Shown here piece after piece: positions 44,218 to 53,870 of a stretch of 64,000 bases of DNA. Made by a program: the position numbers and the translations under genes. This stretch comes from a virus (taxonomy: Duplodnaviria; Caudoviricetes): IMG/VR virus record IMGVR_UViG_3300036797_000015, positions 1 to 64,000 of that record. The stretch is one strand, 5' to 3'. Position 1 is the first letter of the stretch, and every line of letters starts with the position of its first letter. The notes under the pieces are model-generated. The model was not told the DNA's origin. It saw only the letters and a program-made list of their open reading frames with translations, and did not search any database.

Positions 44218-44952
44218 ATGGCAATCCATGTAGTGATCCACGAAGTAAAGGACCCACGTCTCAAGAGGTTCGTTGAACACGACGACCGTAGCCGGGCATT
44301 TGCTTTTGAGGAAACCACTGAAGACCGCACCATCTTTTGGGATGACGCTGCGCCTATCCTAGACCAGAAGCAAGTTGGTGGGTGTGTAGGTTTCACTGGT
44401 GCGGATTTGTTCAACACGGCCATGTTCGCGCCACTCCGTAAGGCTAAGAACGGTGGTCAATTCTTCAACAACAAGGATGGCATGTTCTTTTACTCGCAGG
44501 CCACCAAGAATGACAACGTCAAAGGCGTCTACCCGCCAGATGACACTGGCTCGTCGGGTCTGGGGCTTGCCAAGGCACTCAAGAAGCTTGGTGATTGTGA
44601 TGGCTACAAGCACTGCTTCTCGTGGAATAGCTATCTGAATGCTATCCAGACTCAGCCGGTCGCGGTTGGTACGCTTTGGACAAACTCGATGTTCAATCCA
44701 GACCACAATGGCGTGCTACACGTAGGTGCGTTGACAGATAGCAATATCGCCGGCGGGCACGAGTACATGATTCGCGGTCGCAATGCTGACACGCACTTGA
44801 ATTTGATGCGCAACCACTGGAATGCTTCGTGGTCGCCTAGCAAGAATGGCCCGAAAGTGCCAGGTGAGGCTTGGATCACCGACGACGACCTCAAACTGCT
44901 TTTGAAGAACCAAGGTGATGTAACAGTGATACATGGAAGTGGGTTGCCCTGA
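44218..44952 (+). CDS. Papain-like (C1-type) cysteine protease
   Basis: DQKQVGGCVGF (Gln..Cys), GGHEY (His), RNHWNASW (Asn). Confidence 0.85.
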   Translation: MAIHVVIHEVKDPRLKRFVEHDDRSRAFAFEETTEDRTIFWDDAAPILDQKQVGGCVGFTGADLFNTAMFAPLRKAKNGGQFFNNKDGMFFYSQATKNDNVKGVYPPDDTGSSGLGLAKALKKLGDCDGYKHCFSWNSYLNAIQTQPVAVGTLWTNSMFNPDHNGVLHVGALTDSNIAGGHEYMIRGRNADTHLNLMRNHWNASWSPSKNGPKVPGEAWITDDDLKLLLKNQGDVTVIHGSGLP

Positions 44953-45131
44953 TGGCTCCGTTAGTTGTTGGTATTATTCTGCTGGTTTTGATCTATGTGC
45001 TACCAGTTCCGTATGTGTTATGGCTGATCGGCATGATCGTTGGCATCGTGCTTATCCTGTATGGGCTTTGGGTGCTGTTCAATGGCTACCGCTCGCGTGG
45101 TGTCGGGCCGTCAGGCAGGAGATGGTGGTAG
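44952..45131 (+). CDS. Two-TM small membrane protein (59 aa, not in ORF track)
   Basis: TGATG coupling; MAPLVVGIILLVLIYVLPVPYVLWLIGMIVGIVLILYGLWVLFNGYRSRG... Confidence 0.7.
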   Translation: MAPLVVGIILLVLIYVLPVPYVLWLIGMIVGIVLILYGLWVLFNGYRSRGVGPSGRRWW

Positions 45132-45404
45132 ATGCGGAAGAAGCATGGGCGACATTATCCACCTGGAGTCATACCGGGCCAGCCGGCAGCCGGGCACAAA
45201 GCGTTTGCGTCCAAAGCCCAGCAAAGGTTGTTCTTCGCTAACCCAAAACTTAGGCGTTGGGCCTTGGGCAAAGCACATGCCACAGGCGAACACCACGAAC
45301 TTGGCAAAGCCAGCGCAGCACGGTATCGTGCTTTACCTGACCGCAAGGGAAGCACTTATAAACGAGTGCCCCTCCACCCTGCGCTTAAGGGCAGACGAGC
45401 TTAA
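45132..45404 (+). CDS. Small basic protein
   Basis: FASKAQQRLFFA...LRRWA; R/K/H rich; coupled to JAB gene. Confidence 0.7.
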   Translation: MRKKHGRHYPPGVIPGQPAAGHKAFASKAQQRLFFANPKLRRWALGKAHATGEHHELGKASAARYRALPDRKGSTYKRVPLHPALKGRRA

Positions 45405-45784
45405 TGCCATGGGCCAAAATGGATCTGAAGGAAGTGTTCCCAAAGACGTTTGGACCGCACCATGAATCTGAACTACGTGATCTCGCAGCCACGGCGATGC
45501 CAGAAGAGGCCTGTGGGATCATCTATAGTCATGGAATCATTGTACAGTATCCCAACACGTTCGTGGGGGATAAGTGCCACGGATGGAACATGGATGTTTC
45601 ATACTCCGATGACATCAGATGTATTTGGCACTCCCACCCCAACGGCTTACAAGAGCCCAGCCGCGATGACATGCCGCTCATTAGGGGAATGGCAGAGGCA
45701 GGCTTTCCATTCCACCATGTCATCGTTACGCTTGCTGGAGTGTTCGAGTATGAGGTCTACCTAGATGGTTCACCCGTTAGCTGA
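45404..45784 (+). CDS. JAB/MPN (Mov34) metalloprotease
   Basis: PEEACG and IWHSHPNGLQEPSRDD (HSH-x7-S-xx-D). Confidence 0.88.
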   Translation: MPWAKMDLKEVFPKTFGPHHESELRDLAATAMPEEACGIIYSHGIIVQYPNTFVGDKCHGWNMDVSYSDDIRCIWHSHPNGLQEPSRDDMPLIRGMAEAGFPFHHVIVTLAGVFEYEVYLDGSPVS

Positions 45785-46673
45785 TGTAGTACCAGATACA
45801 AATTGGTTGATTAAGTATCTGGGGATTCAGCGCGCATATGATAAGGATGTGCAATCTGCCCTACAAAGAGCCGCATTTGACGCTGCGAAGATAGCCAACA
45901 AACTCAAAGATGGCGAGAAGATCAGTGAACGCACACGGCGCTACCAAGCCAATCTGGTCAGATACCAAATTCGCGACATCATCAAAGATCTGTTCTCGGA
46001 CCTTGTCCCGACGCTTAGGGCAGGCCAAAGAGACGCAGCAGAGGCAGCTGCGAGGCTTGATCTGGCGCAAAGTGCCCAAGTACTAAAGGCTCTATATCCG
46101 AACGAGGATATGCGGAAACACGCTGAGGCGAGTATGGTCCAGACCGCTCGTCATAGTATAGAGGCGATGGTGAACCGGGTCACCGGATACTCCCCGAGCT
46201 ACCCGCTATCGCGCCGGGTCTACCGATCTGGGGCTATCGCGTCAGGTAGGCTGGATCGCAAAATCGACTCAGCCCTAGGTAGAGGCGTAAGTGCCCAGGA
46301 GCTTGCCAAAGCCGTCAAAAAGGACATCCTTCCAAATACGCCAGGCGGGGTAAGCTATGCTGCCATGAGATTGGCACGGACTGAAATTGGTAATGCCTTC
46401 CATACTCAGGTTATCAACAGCGTACAGGATCACGAATGGGTGACTGATGTACGTTGGAATTTGAGCGGCCAACACAAACCCGACCCTGGCGATCTTTGCG
46501 AACAGTACGCAGCGCAAGGCACATTCAACAAGAACGAAGTGCCGAATAGGCCACACCCGAATTGTATGTGCTATGTGACTCCTGTGACAGATAACTTCCA
46601 GAGCTTTGCAGACAGACTCAAAGCAGGCGACTTTCACGCCTACTATCAACGCAGATACGGCGGCGTGGCTTAA
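45765..46673 (+). CDS. MuF-like minor head / capsid maturation protein
   Basis: RLARTEIGNAF, HK...DLCEQYA, PHPNCMCYVTP. Confidence 0.85.
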   Translation: MVHPLADVVPDTNWLIKYLGIQRAYDKDVQSALQRAAFDAAKIANKLKDGEKISERTRRYQANLVRYQIRDIIKDLFSDLVPTLRAGQRDAAEAAARLDLAQSAQVLKALYPNEDMRKHAEASMVQTARHSIEAMVNRVTGYSPSYPLSRRVYRSGAIASGRLDRKIDSALGRGVSAQELAKAVKKDILPNTPGGVSYAAMRLARTEIGNAFHTQVINSVQDHEWVTDVRWNLSGQHKPDPGDLCEQYAAQGTFNKNEVPNRPHPNCMCYVTPVTDNFQSFADRLKAGDFHAYYQRRYGGVA

Positions 46674-46711
46674 AATGAGCGCGTCCTTTTGAAACAGGTT
46701 AGGATACCGCT

Positions 46712-47470
46712 ATGACCATGAGTCCATTTGAGACCACGACTCCGAACGCTCTATTTGCGGCGTTATTGGCAATCGGTGGTGGTGATGGTGAGCGTGAAAC
46801 AGACTCGGGCACGTCGAATAACAGTGCCGGAGGTTCCAGCGACTCCGGTGGAAAAGACTCTGGAGAATCTAAGGATTCTGACAAGTCTGATGGCGACGAT
46901 GACAAAGACAAGCCTGACGAGCGCGATGAGAAGATCAAAGAGCTTGAGAAGAAGGCAGACGACGAGAAGAAGGCCCGCATTAAACTTGAGCGTGAACGTG
47001 ACAAGGAACTTGAGTCCAAAAACGCTGAGAATGAAAATGTCGAGGCCGAACGTGACGACTACAAGCAGAAGTACGAGAAGCTGCTCAAGTACGTCGAGAA
47101 CGATGCCCTTGTTGGCGCTATCGCTCGGAATAGCAAATTCGACTTCCACGACCCCAAAGCAGTCCTGAACTTTATCGACAAGAACAATATCAGGCTCGAT
47201 CTGGACAAGGGCGACATTGACGGTCTGGATCTTGAGATCAAGCGTATTGCCAAGGATAATCCTTGGATGTTGAAGCCTACTGCTCCCCCGGCAGGCGATG
47301 GTGATAAGCAGGACCAGCAAGACAACCAAAATGGTGGCGGTAGCGCACCGCCGAGCGGTAACCACCCGTTTGGCGGCACTTCGTGGCAACGCGAGACTGA
47401 CAAGACCAAGCTAGGGTCAAAGTACAACATTCCTGGCTTCCGCGGCGCAAGCAATATTCGGCCAGCATAA
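46712..47470 (+). CDS. Scaffolding protein
   Basis: Acidic low-complexity N-terminus, coiled coil, K-x-NPWML; upstream of capsid genes. Confidence 0.8.
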   Translation: MTMSPFETTTPNALFAALLAIGGGDGERETDSGTSNNSAGGSSDSGGKDSGESKDSDKSDGDDDKDKPDERDEKIKELEKKADDEKKARIKLERERDKELESKNAENENVEAERDDYKQKYEKLLKYVENDALVGAIARNSKFDFHDPKAVLNFIDKNNIRLDLDKGDIDGLDLEIKRIAKDNPWMLKPTAPPAGDGDKQDQQDNQNGGGSAPPSGNHPFGGTSWQRETDKTKLGSKYNIPGFRGASNIRPA

Positions 47471-47486
47471 AGGGAAGGCAAATACA

Positions 47487-47927
47487 ATGGCCCGGTATGA
47501 CAAGTATGATCCGATTAATGGTGGTTTCCGTGCTGCCATTGCTGCAGATTTCCCTGATGACCATCTTGGGAAAGTCTACGGAGTTGGCCTAGACTCTACT
47601 GGCAAGATCGTGTTCGGTGGAGGCCAATCAGGCATCCTCGGTCTGTTGGTCGTGACCCAGAAGCCTGGCCGAGTTGGTCCCAACAAGGAAGTTGCTATAT
47701 TGGATGTGATGCGTAGTGGTTGCATCACCGACTTTGGCCCTACGGCCGGCAACCCTGGTGTTGACTTTGGTGTCGCTGGCACCAAGTACTTCGCTAACTC
47801 GTCTACTGGCGTTGTCAGTGCCACTCCCGCAGTCGGTTCTGTCCTCGTCGGTGCTACTGTCGAGCCTGATAGGCTGGAAGTCAACGTCGTGCAGAACCCC
47901 CTGATCACGGGCCAGTACGGTCTGTAA
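47487..47927 (+). CDS. Capsid decoration/cement-like protein
   Basis: MARYDKYDP N-terminus; Gly/Val-rich beta protein between scaffold and MCP. Confidence 0.6.
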   Translation: MARYDKYDPINGGFRAAIAADFPDDHLGKVYGVGLDSTGKIVFGGGQSGILGLLVVTQKPGRVGPNKEVAILDVMRSGCITDFGPTAGNPGVDFGVAGTKYFANSSTGVVSATPAVGSVLVGATVEPDRLEVNVVQNPLITGQYGL

Positions 47928-47957
47928 CTGCTGATCGCGCTTGCGGAAAGGAAAGCA

Positions 47958-49178
47958 ATGAAGTTGTATACGCCCGGCATCGAGCGGGAAAAGCAGTTTC
48001 TAGCCCAACAGTTCATGAAGTCTTTGAACTTGGGTGGAGGCGCTGGTAACCGCTCGGGCTACATGACTGAGGGTGATATCCTCACCCATACCATTGATGG
48101 TGTCGACCTGAATATGCTTTGGGCCGAGTTCATCGATGCGAACACGATCTACAATGAGCACAAGCAGGGTATGGTTGGCCTGCTTACCTACCCGGTTCTG
48201 TCTGACATCGAACTTGTCCCGCAGATTGGCGACTTCAATTTCGAGGAAGCCACGGAGTTTGGTATCCCGCGTGGGCAGAACACGAATATCAGCTACTACC
48301 AGCTGGCATACGCCTACAAGGATTACGACCTCAAGCTCGGCTACACGTGGAAGTTCCTGCGTGACTCCCCGGCCCAGCAGGTGGAAGCGATCCATACCAA
48401 GGCGATCCAGGCTGACCAGGCGCTGGTGTTCCGCAAGGTGATGGAGGCTCTGTTTGATAACAGGGACCGCCAGACCATCATCAATTCGCTGACATACAAT
48501 GTCTACCCGTTGGCGAACGCGGATGGTTGGGTACCTCCCACTTACAAGGGCACGGCGTTCGATGGTACGCATAACCACTACCTCGTGAGTGGCGCGGCGA
48601 CTGTCGACTCTGACGACTTTGAGACTTGCGTGAACCACCTTACCGAGCATGGTTATGGTTGGGACACAGGCACTCAGATCGTATGCTTTGCGAACCGTGC
48701 GGAGATCAACTACATCCGTAAGTTCCGGTTTGGACAGACCAACCAGAACAGCGCGGTTGCCAATTACGACTTCATCCCGGCTCTTGGTCAGCCTGCGCTG
48801 ATCGTGCCTAACGCTGAAGGTCTGTTGGGCGGCCAGGCACCTGGAGTTTGGAACGGTCTGCGCGTTTCCGGCTCATACATGGACGTAATTGTCATCGAGG
48901 AGCCACTGCTCCCCGCTGGCTATCTGCTTTTCATGTCGACAGGTGGCGCGAATGCTGACGAGAACATCGTCGGTGTCCGTGAGCACGCTTCGCCAGACTG
49001 GCGGGGTCTGAAGTTGCTGCCGGGTAACCAGCAGCGTTATCCGTTGATCGATGGCTACTACGTCCACGGCTTTGGGACTGGTATCCGTCGTCGCACCGGT
49101 GCTGTCGTTATGCAAGTCAAGGCGTCTGGTTCATACGTGTCGCCGACAGCGTACACGAATGACGGGAGCACTCGATGA
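47958..49178 (+). CDS. Major capsid protein
   Basis: 406 aa, AAGGA SD, position in the head module, C-biased third codon positions suggesting high expression. Confidence 0.8.
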   Translation: MKLYTPGIEREKQFLAQQFMKSLNLGGGAGNRSGYMTEGDILTHTIDGVDLNMLWAEFIDANTIYNEHKQGMVGLLTYPVLSDIELVPQIGDFNFEEATEFGIPRGQNTNISYYQLAYAYKDYDLKLGYTWKFLRDSPAQQVEAIHTKAIQADQALVFRKVMEALFDNRDRQTIINSLTYNVYPLANADGWVPPTYKGTAFDGTHNHYLVSGAATVDSDDFETCVNHLTEHGYGWDTGTQIVCFANRAEINYIRKFRFGQTNQNSAVANYDFIPALGQPALIVPNAEGLLGGQAPGVWNGLRVSGSYMDVIVIEEPLLPAGYLLFMSTGGANADENIVGVREHASPDWRGLKLLPGNQQRYPLIDGYYVHGFGTGIRRRTGAVVMQVKASGSYVSPTAYTNDGSTR

Positions 49179-49609
49179 GTCGTCAAATCGACCATGACAA
49201 GCCTCTATCTGAAGAGGATAAGGCTTGGCTGAGAGAGACCAGCCAAGTCTGGCGCATTGAGGAGAATGAGCGCAAATTCGATAAGGCTCACCAGAAGTCT
49301 GAAGGGCATGTTGAGGAACCAGATCCTCATCGCGCCCCAGAATTGCCTCGACAGCCTGCCAATTTCGCCACTGATCAGTTTGTCACTGGTCCTGCCTATG
49401 CGGTAGCCAATCCGCCATGGCAGGGAGAGGTCCAGTCTGCTCAGGGGTATGTTGGTCAGACTGAGGATTCCAATGATGAAGAGGTTGTCACACCTGACCA
49501 GCTGACGGTTCCTGAGCTCAAAGAGGAACTCAAGAGCCGCGACCTGTCGACTGAGGGCAACAAGGCCGAACTTGTCAAGAGGCTTGAAAAGGCTCTAGAC
49601 AAGGAGTAA
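49175..49609 (+). CDS. Protein with C-terminal SAP/HeH domain
   Basis: LTVPELKEELKSRDLSTEGNKAELVKRLE. Confidence 0.75.
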   Translation: MSRQIDHDKPLSEEDKAWLRETSQVWRIEENERKFDKAHQKSEGHVEEPDPHRAPELPRQPANFATDQFVTGPAYAVANPPWQGEVQSAQGYVGQTEDSNDEEVVTPDQLTVPELKEELKSRDLSTEGNKAELVKRLEKALDKE

Positions 49610-49613
49610 GGCT

Positions 49614-49994
49614 TTGGCTACCCAGCAGCAGATCGACCTTGTCAAGATGAATCTGCCTTCATGGTGGAGCACTCTTGCTGACTGGGACGATGCCAAAGTC
49701 ATTGCGGTTATTGACGCATACAATGGCAACGTCAACCAGTCGATCAGGCAGTTCTGGTACGATCGTGTAGCCTATACACAGCCGCTGGTCGATAGTAGCG
49801 AATCTGGTGGTTCTGCACCACTAAGCCAGGACCACGAATCTGCGGAGCGAATGCTCAAGTATTGGGATCAGCAGATTGCGCAGTCTTCAACTAGCGGTAC
49901 AATCAAGATCAAGCGCAGGTACCGCCGTTGTCGCGGTAATGTGATCGTGCCGGACATTTACGGTTACGGGAGCCCATATGCCCGCACCGACTAG
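49614..49994 (+). CDS. Head-tail adaptor
   Basis: AAGGAG SD before TTG; size and position. Confidence 0.6.
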   Translation: MATQQQIDLVKMNLPSWWSTLADWDDAKVIAVIDAYNGNVNQSIRQFWYDRVAYTQPLVDSSESGGSAPLSQDHESAERMLKYWDQQIAQSSTSGTIKIKRRYRRCRGNVIVPDIYGYGSPYARTD

Positions 49995-50388
49995 TCTTGA
50001 AGACATCAAGCTCAATGAGATGCGTTGGAACACGCAGGAGTTCATCAAGCGCGACCCCACAGTAGTCACGCTTATTCCAACGCGTGGTGCGCCTATAGCA
50101 AAGCCGGGTGGAGGCCACGACTTTGGTACTCCTGTACCCAAGCCGGAACAGGTCTTCAGGCTTATCTCACAGTCTAATTTTGACGGAGTAGAGCTTAGCC
50201 CGAACGACGACGGCACATCCCGCAAATTCGGCTATCTCGTCGTGGGAGCCTATGACGCCGACATCAGTATCGGGGATACCTGGGACGAGGGCGACCGTCA
50301 TTACCATATAGACAGCATATCCGTGTATAATGGATATGAAGTGCGGGCTACCGCTACAGCATTCGCATCGGACCCGATCCATGGCTAA
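49978..50388 (+). CDS. Head-to-tail stopper
   Basis: Position; DADISIGDTW segment. Confidence 0.6.
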   Translation: MPAPTSLEDIKLNEMRWNTQEFIKRDPTVVTLIPTRGAPIAKPGGGHDFGTPVPKPEQVFRLISQSNFDGVELSPNDDGTSRKFGYLVVGAYDADISIGDTWDEGDRHYHIDSISVYNGYEVRATATAFASDPIHG

Positions 50389-50953
50389 TGTGAATCTGCG
50401 AGTAGGTGACTTCAAGTTCGACGGTGGCGAGCTTACCAAGAACTGCGCACTCTTACCAGAGCAGATCAAAGAGAACATCACGCTAACTGTCGACTACGCC
50501 GCAGATTTCGGCACGACCTGGATGAAGAAAGCTGCACCTTGGCACGACAATACCAGCAATGCTCGAAATGGCTTATTCACCGCCACCTCCCACGCCCTGG
50601 GCGTTGGTTCTACAGGAGAGCATCGCATCCTGTTCAGCCACGGCGTTGATTATGGTATCTGGCTTGAGGTAGCAAACCAAGGTCGATACCAGATCATTAT
50701 GCCTACGGTGAAGGCAATTGGCGACCAACTGTTCAAGGGTTTGGATAGCCTTCTCAATCACCCGAATGACCCGATGCCGAATGTGTTCGACATCACTCAA
50801 GCCCCCGTCACGCAGAATGTCCAACGCAAAGGCACTTCCCAAGGTGCCACGGTGCGCACACAACGACAAGCGCGACGGGTTAAACGTAATGTCAAGCAAA
50901 CTGCTCGCGGTACTGCTAGAGTGAATACTCGACAGGCAGGCAGGAACCGATGA
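50381..50953 (+). CDS. HK97 gp10-like neck/tail-completion protein
   Basis: APWHDNTSNAR, HGVDYGIWLEVA; basic C-terminal extension. Confidence 0.7.
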   Translation: MANVNLRVGDFKFDGGELTKNCALLPEQIKENITLTVDYAADFGTTWMKKAAPWHDNTSNARNGLFTATSHALGVGSTGEHRILFSHGVDYGIWLEVANQGRYQIIMPTVKAIGDQLFKGLDSLLNHPNDPMPNVFDITQAPVTQNVQRKGTSQGATVRTQRQARRVKRNVKQTARGTARVNTRQAGRNR

Positions 50954-51375
50954 GCCGCGCAGCGATCCTTGACGCTATCGTAAATGACAGCGACCTCCAA
51001 GCTGAGGGATTTGACAGCACGAATGTGTTAGTCAATTATGATGGCGAACAGCGACCGTCAGACAAGATGTTTCTTGTCCTTCGCTGGGAAGCTGAAGACC
51101 CTGTGCTACTCGGTGATGACGAGGTTGTGCGCAGTGCCCGCAATCTCGCCGTATGGGTGCATATGTATCGTGAATTCTCTACAGACTTCGTCAGAATCGA
51201 CGATTTGATCCAAAAGCTAAATGACGTCCTGTCTAATATAATTGATACGCCTGGCGCTGATGGATATACTGTCAGCCGAGTTGAGTACAGAGGGAGCAGT
51301 CGTGACCTACGTGATGACGGCTACGACACCCTATGCCGGTCCACCAGTTACTGGATGCTGAGTCGGAAAACATAA
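50950..51375 (+). CDS. Tail terminator
   Basis: Position; VWVH...DFVRIDDLI. Confidence 0.65.
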   Translation: MSRAAILDAIVNDSDLQAEGFDSTNVLVNYDGEQRPSDKMFLVLRWEAEDPVLLGDDEVVRSARNLAVWVHMYREFSTDFVRIDDLIQKLNDVLSNIIDTPGADGYTVSRVEYRGSSRDLRDDGYDTLCRSTSYWMLSRKT

Positions 51376-51390
51376 TGAGAGGTAACCAAA

Positions 51391-51831
51391 ATGGCTGAGA
51401 CTGCTGCTCAGAAGAAGGCACGTGAAGAGGCTGAAGGCAACACCGCTTCTCCACCTTCTGATGGCCCGACGCGAAACACGCTCACAGATGATATGCCGCA
51501 GCCCCCAGGCGTGGCAGAACGTAAGCGTCGTGTAGCGCGCAAGACTCGCAAGGGTCCGTTCGTGAAGTACGTTGGCGCCGCATCAGTGCGTGTCATCACG
51601 CCGACCCACTGGAACACTCTCGGATTCCAGGATGTTCCCAAGGATGGATTTGCTCAGGTCGAGTGGACTAGCAAGAACGACTATATGGTCGAGTCCAAGG
51701 CATTCAGCAATGAGCAGCTCGATTATCTGCTGATTGATGACATGCAAGCAGGAGGACGCGCCCACTCGTTCCTTGAAGTTGACTATGATAGCGATGGCCA
51801 ACTTGTACAGGTAATTGACGACGACGAATAA
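51391..51831 (+). CDS. Hypothetical structural-region protein
   Basis: GAGG SD. Confidence 0.75.
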   Translation: MAETAAQKKAREEAEGNTASPPSDGPTRNTLTDDMPQPPGVAERKRRVARKTRKGPFVKYVGAASVRVITPTHWNTLGFQDVPKDGFAQVEWTSKNDYMVESKAFSNEQLDYLLIDDMQAGGRAHSFLEVDYDSDGQLVQVIDDDE

Positions 51832-51833
51832 CA

Positions 51834-52067
51834 ATGGCTGCCCCAGATGAGTACTATGAGGAGTTTGAAGGCCCGCTGCAGTGCGAAGGCACTATTGCTG
51901 GTGTCCTCAAACACCATCTGGGGATTCGGTGTTTGGAGCATAAGTGCCATTCGCCGAAATGCACCAAAGGCAGGGCTGTAGCTGTGTTCCACTACTACAG
52001 TCTGGAGACCGGTGAAAGAGTGGACACCGTAGTGTATCAAGACCCAACACGGAGGTTCCGAAAATGA
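51834..52067 (+). CDS. Small Cys/His protein
   Basis: C...CLEHKCHSPKC; ATGA-coupled to major tail gene. Confidence 0.7.
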   Translation: MAAPDEYYEEFEGPLQCEGTIAGVLKHHLGIRCLEHKCHSPKCTKGRAVAVFHYYSLETGERVDTVVYQDPTRRFRK

Positions 52068-52903
52068 CCAGTCTCCCGAATCCGCTACCGTATGGCATCA
52101 AGCAGATTCTCCTGACCCCATACGCAGACGCTCAGGGCAGTGTGCTCAGCAGCACGAGCTACCCGCTGCCGGTCGCTATGACCCTGGGCTTCTCTGAGAC
52201 AGAGCAGTTTGATGAGCTGCGAGGCGACGACGAGCTTGTGGCTGTCCACGGTCGTGGACCGCAGGTCGATTGGTCGTTGGAAGCTGGCGGTATGTCGATC
52301 AAGGCTTGGTCGATCATTTCCGGCGCGATGGTGATCGAATCTGGTGTCACTCCGACACGCCAGGTGCGACTGCGCAAGTCCGGTGATGATCTGCGGCCTT
52401 ACTTCCGCATCGATGGTCGCGTCATTTCCGACTCGGGTGGCAACATCATCGCTCGTATCTACCGTGCGAAGGCTAATGGTAGGCTCCAGGCTGACCACCG
52501 CGGTGGCGCGTTCCAGACCTCCAACATCGACGGTATCGGTATGCCACTCGTGGGCGATCAGGGCCGGTGGCTGTATGAGATCATCCAGAATGAGACCGAC
52601 AGCGCGATGTCGACTACGCCTGAAGCTAACCCTTTGGCAATCCCGACTGGTCTTCATACGACTGCTGTTGCTGCCACTTCAGTTACTCTGGCTTGGGACC
52701 CAGTTAGCATTGCTACCAGCTACCGAGTTCAGCAGTCTGTCGATGCTGGCGTGACGTGGACGAACGTGACGACTGATCCGACAACGCCGACTAAGACTGT
52801 CAGCTCGTTGACCACCGCGACGGCATACCAGTGGCGGGTCGCTGCTATGGTGTCTTCGCAGGTTGGCGACTTCTGTACACCGATTCTGGTGACTACCTCG
52901 TAA
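52064..52903 (+). CDS. Major tail tube protein with C-terminal FN3 domain
   Basis: LPYGIK, ELRGDD motifs; C-terminal PTGL...SVTLAW...SYRV...SSLTTATAYQWRVAA. Confidence 0.85.
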   Translation: MTSLPNPLPYGIKQILLTPYADAQGSVLSSTSYPLPVAMTLGFSETEQFDELRGDDELVAVHGRGPQVDWSLEAGGMSIKAWSIISGAMVIESGVTPTRQVRLRKSGDDLRPYFRIDGRVISDSGGNIIARIYRAKANGRLQADHRGGAFQTSNIDGIGMPLVGDQGRWLYEIIQNETDSAMSTTPEANPLAIPTGLHTTAVAATSVTLAWDPVSIATSYRVQQSVDAGVTWTNVTTDPTTPTKTVSSLTTATAYQWRVAAMVSSQVGDFCTPILVTTS

Positions 52904-52936
52904 GAAAAGTCAACAATTGAGTCCTAGGAGGCCAAA

Positions 52937-53584
52937 ATGACTGAAATCAGTATCGAAGGTGCACAACCGAGGCATCAGGCTGCAGAAGCCATTGACTCTC
53001 GGTTCGCTACAGGCGTGGAGCCTGAGACTCCAACTCCCCCGGAACCCCCTCAGGCTCCACCCCCAGTGCAGAATCCATATGCCCCTACGCACTGGGGTCG
53101 TAAGCAGTATGTCGAGTATGATGTCACTACGCCCAGTGGTCAGCTTTGCCGAGTTCGTAGGCTGGAGCGTAGTGACCTCATATCTCTGAATCTGCTACAG
53201 TACCTTGACACTTTCACGCCTATGCTTGTGGACCAAGGTATGACAGATTCAGAGCGTGAAGCTGAGATTCGTGAGGCCGTCCAGGAGAAGCCAGAATCTA
53301 TGGGCAAAATGCTCACGGCTATCGACAAGATCGTGCTAGCTGCGACGGTGAAGCCGCGTGTCACTGAGGACCCCAAGAAGGTCAATTACGGTACACCGCA
53401 GGATTGGGTTAACCAAAACTTCACGGCAACTGTCTTGCTTAAAGACATAGACGTGTTCGACCGTATGTTCATTTTCGGCGCGGCCTTTGGGCGGTCGATG
53501 GATGACTTGAAAAGTGTTCTACAACAAGCGTCTGGCGTGGCAAGTGTGGCAGATGGCTCAATCGTACCACAGCAGGCCGAGTGA
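52937..53584 (+). CDS. Tail assembly chaperone
   Basis: GGAGG SD; between major tail and tape measure. Confidence 0.8.
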   Translation: MTEISIEGAQPRHQAAEAIDSRFATGVEPETPTPPEPPQAPPPVQNPYAPTHWGRKQYVEYDVTTPSGQLCRVRRLERSDLISLNLLQYLDTFTPMLVDQGMTDSEREAEIREAVQEKPESMGKMLTAIDKIVLAATVKPRVTEDPKKVNYGTPQDWVNQNFTATVLLKDIDVFDRMFIFGAAFGRSMDDLKSVLQQASGVASVADGSIVPQQAE

Positions 53585-53870
53585 GATTTATGAAGTTGAA
53601 GGTGCCACTGGTTTGTATTTCGACCAAGGAATTTGGGCGTTTGGTAGCTGGGTAGAAGGCGAGTTGAACAGTGCTGAAGCGAGTGCTAAGAACGAAATGT
53701 TTGCTCGTTCAGCAAAGGAACGTGCTTTTGCTCGGTGTATGGGCGACGATATGGAACACTCCACGGCAGGTTTTGCTGACCCTTGGTCAGACGGAGGCTT
53801 GGCTGAACATATCAGGACGCCGCGACGCCGAGTTGACCCAGAAGATGGCGAATTGCTCTGGAGTGAGTGA
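53511..53870 (+). CDS. Tail assembly chaperone second frame (probable frameshift extension)
   Basis: Opens in the +1 frame right after TGA at TTG-AAA-AGT; WQMAQ...PSEIY...FDQ. Confidence 0.65.
   Translation, partial: KVFYNKRLAWQVWQMAQSYHSRPSEIYEVEGATGLYFDQGIWAFGSWVEGELNSAEASAKNEMFARSAKERAFARCMGDDMEHSTAGFADPWSDGGLAEHIRTPRRRVDPEDGELLWSE

Noticed and set aside
45129-45134. Read-through at the TAG-ATG junction 45131/45132
   Set aside because: In frame, but an AGGAG/GGTGG SD precedes the ATG, so independent initiation is sufficient
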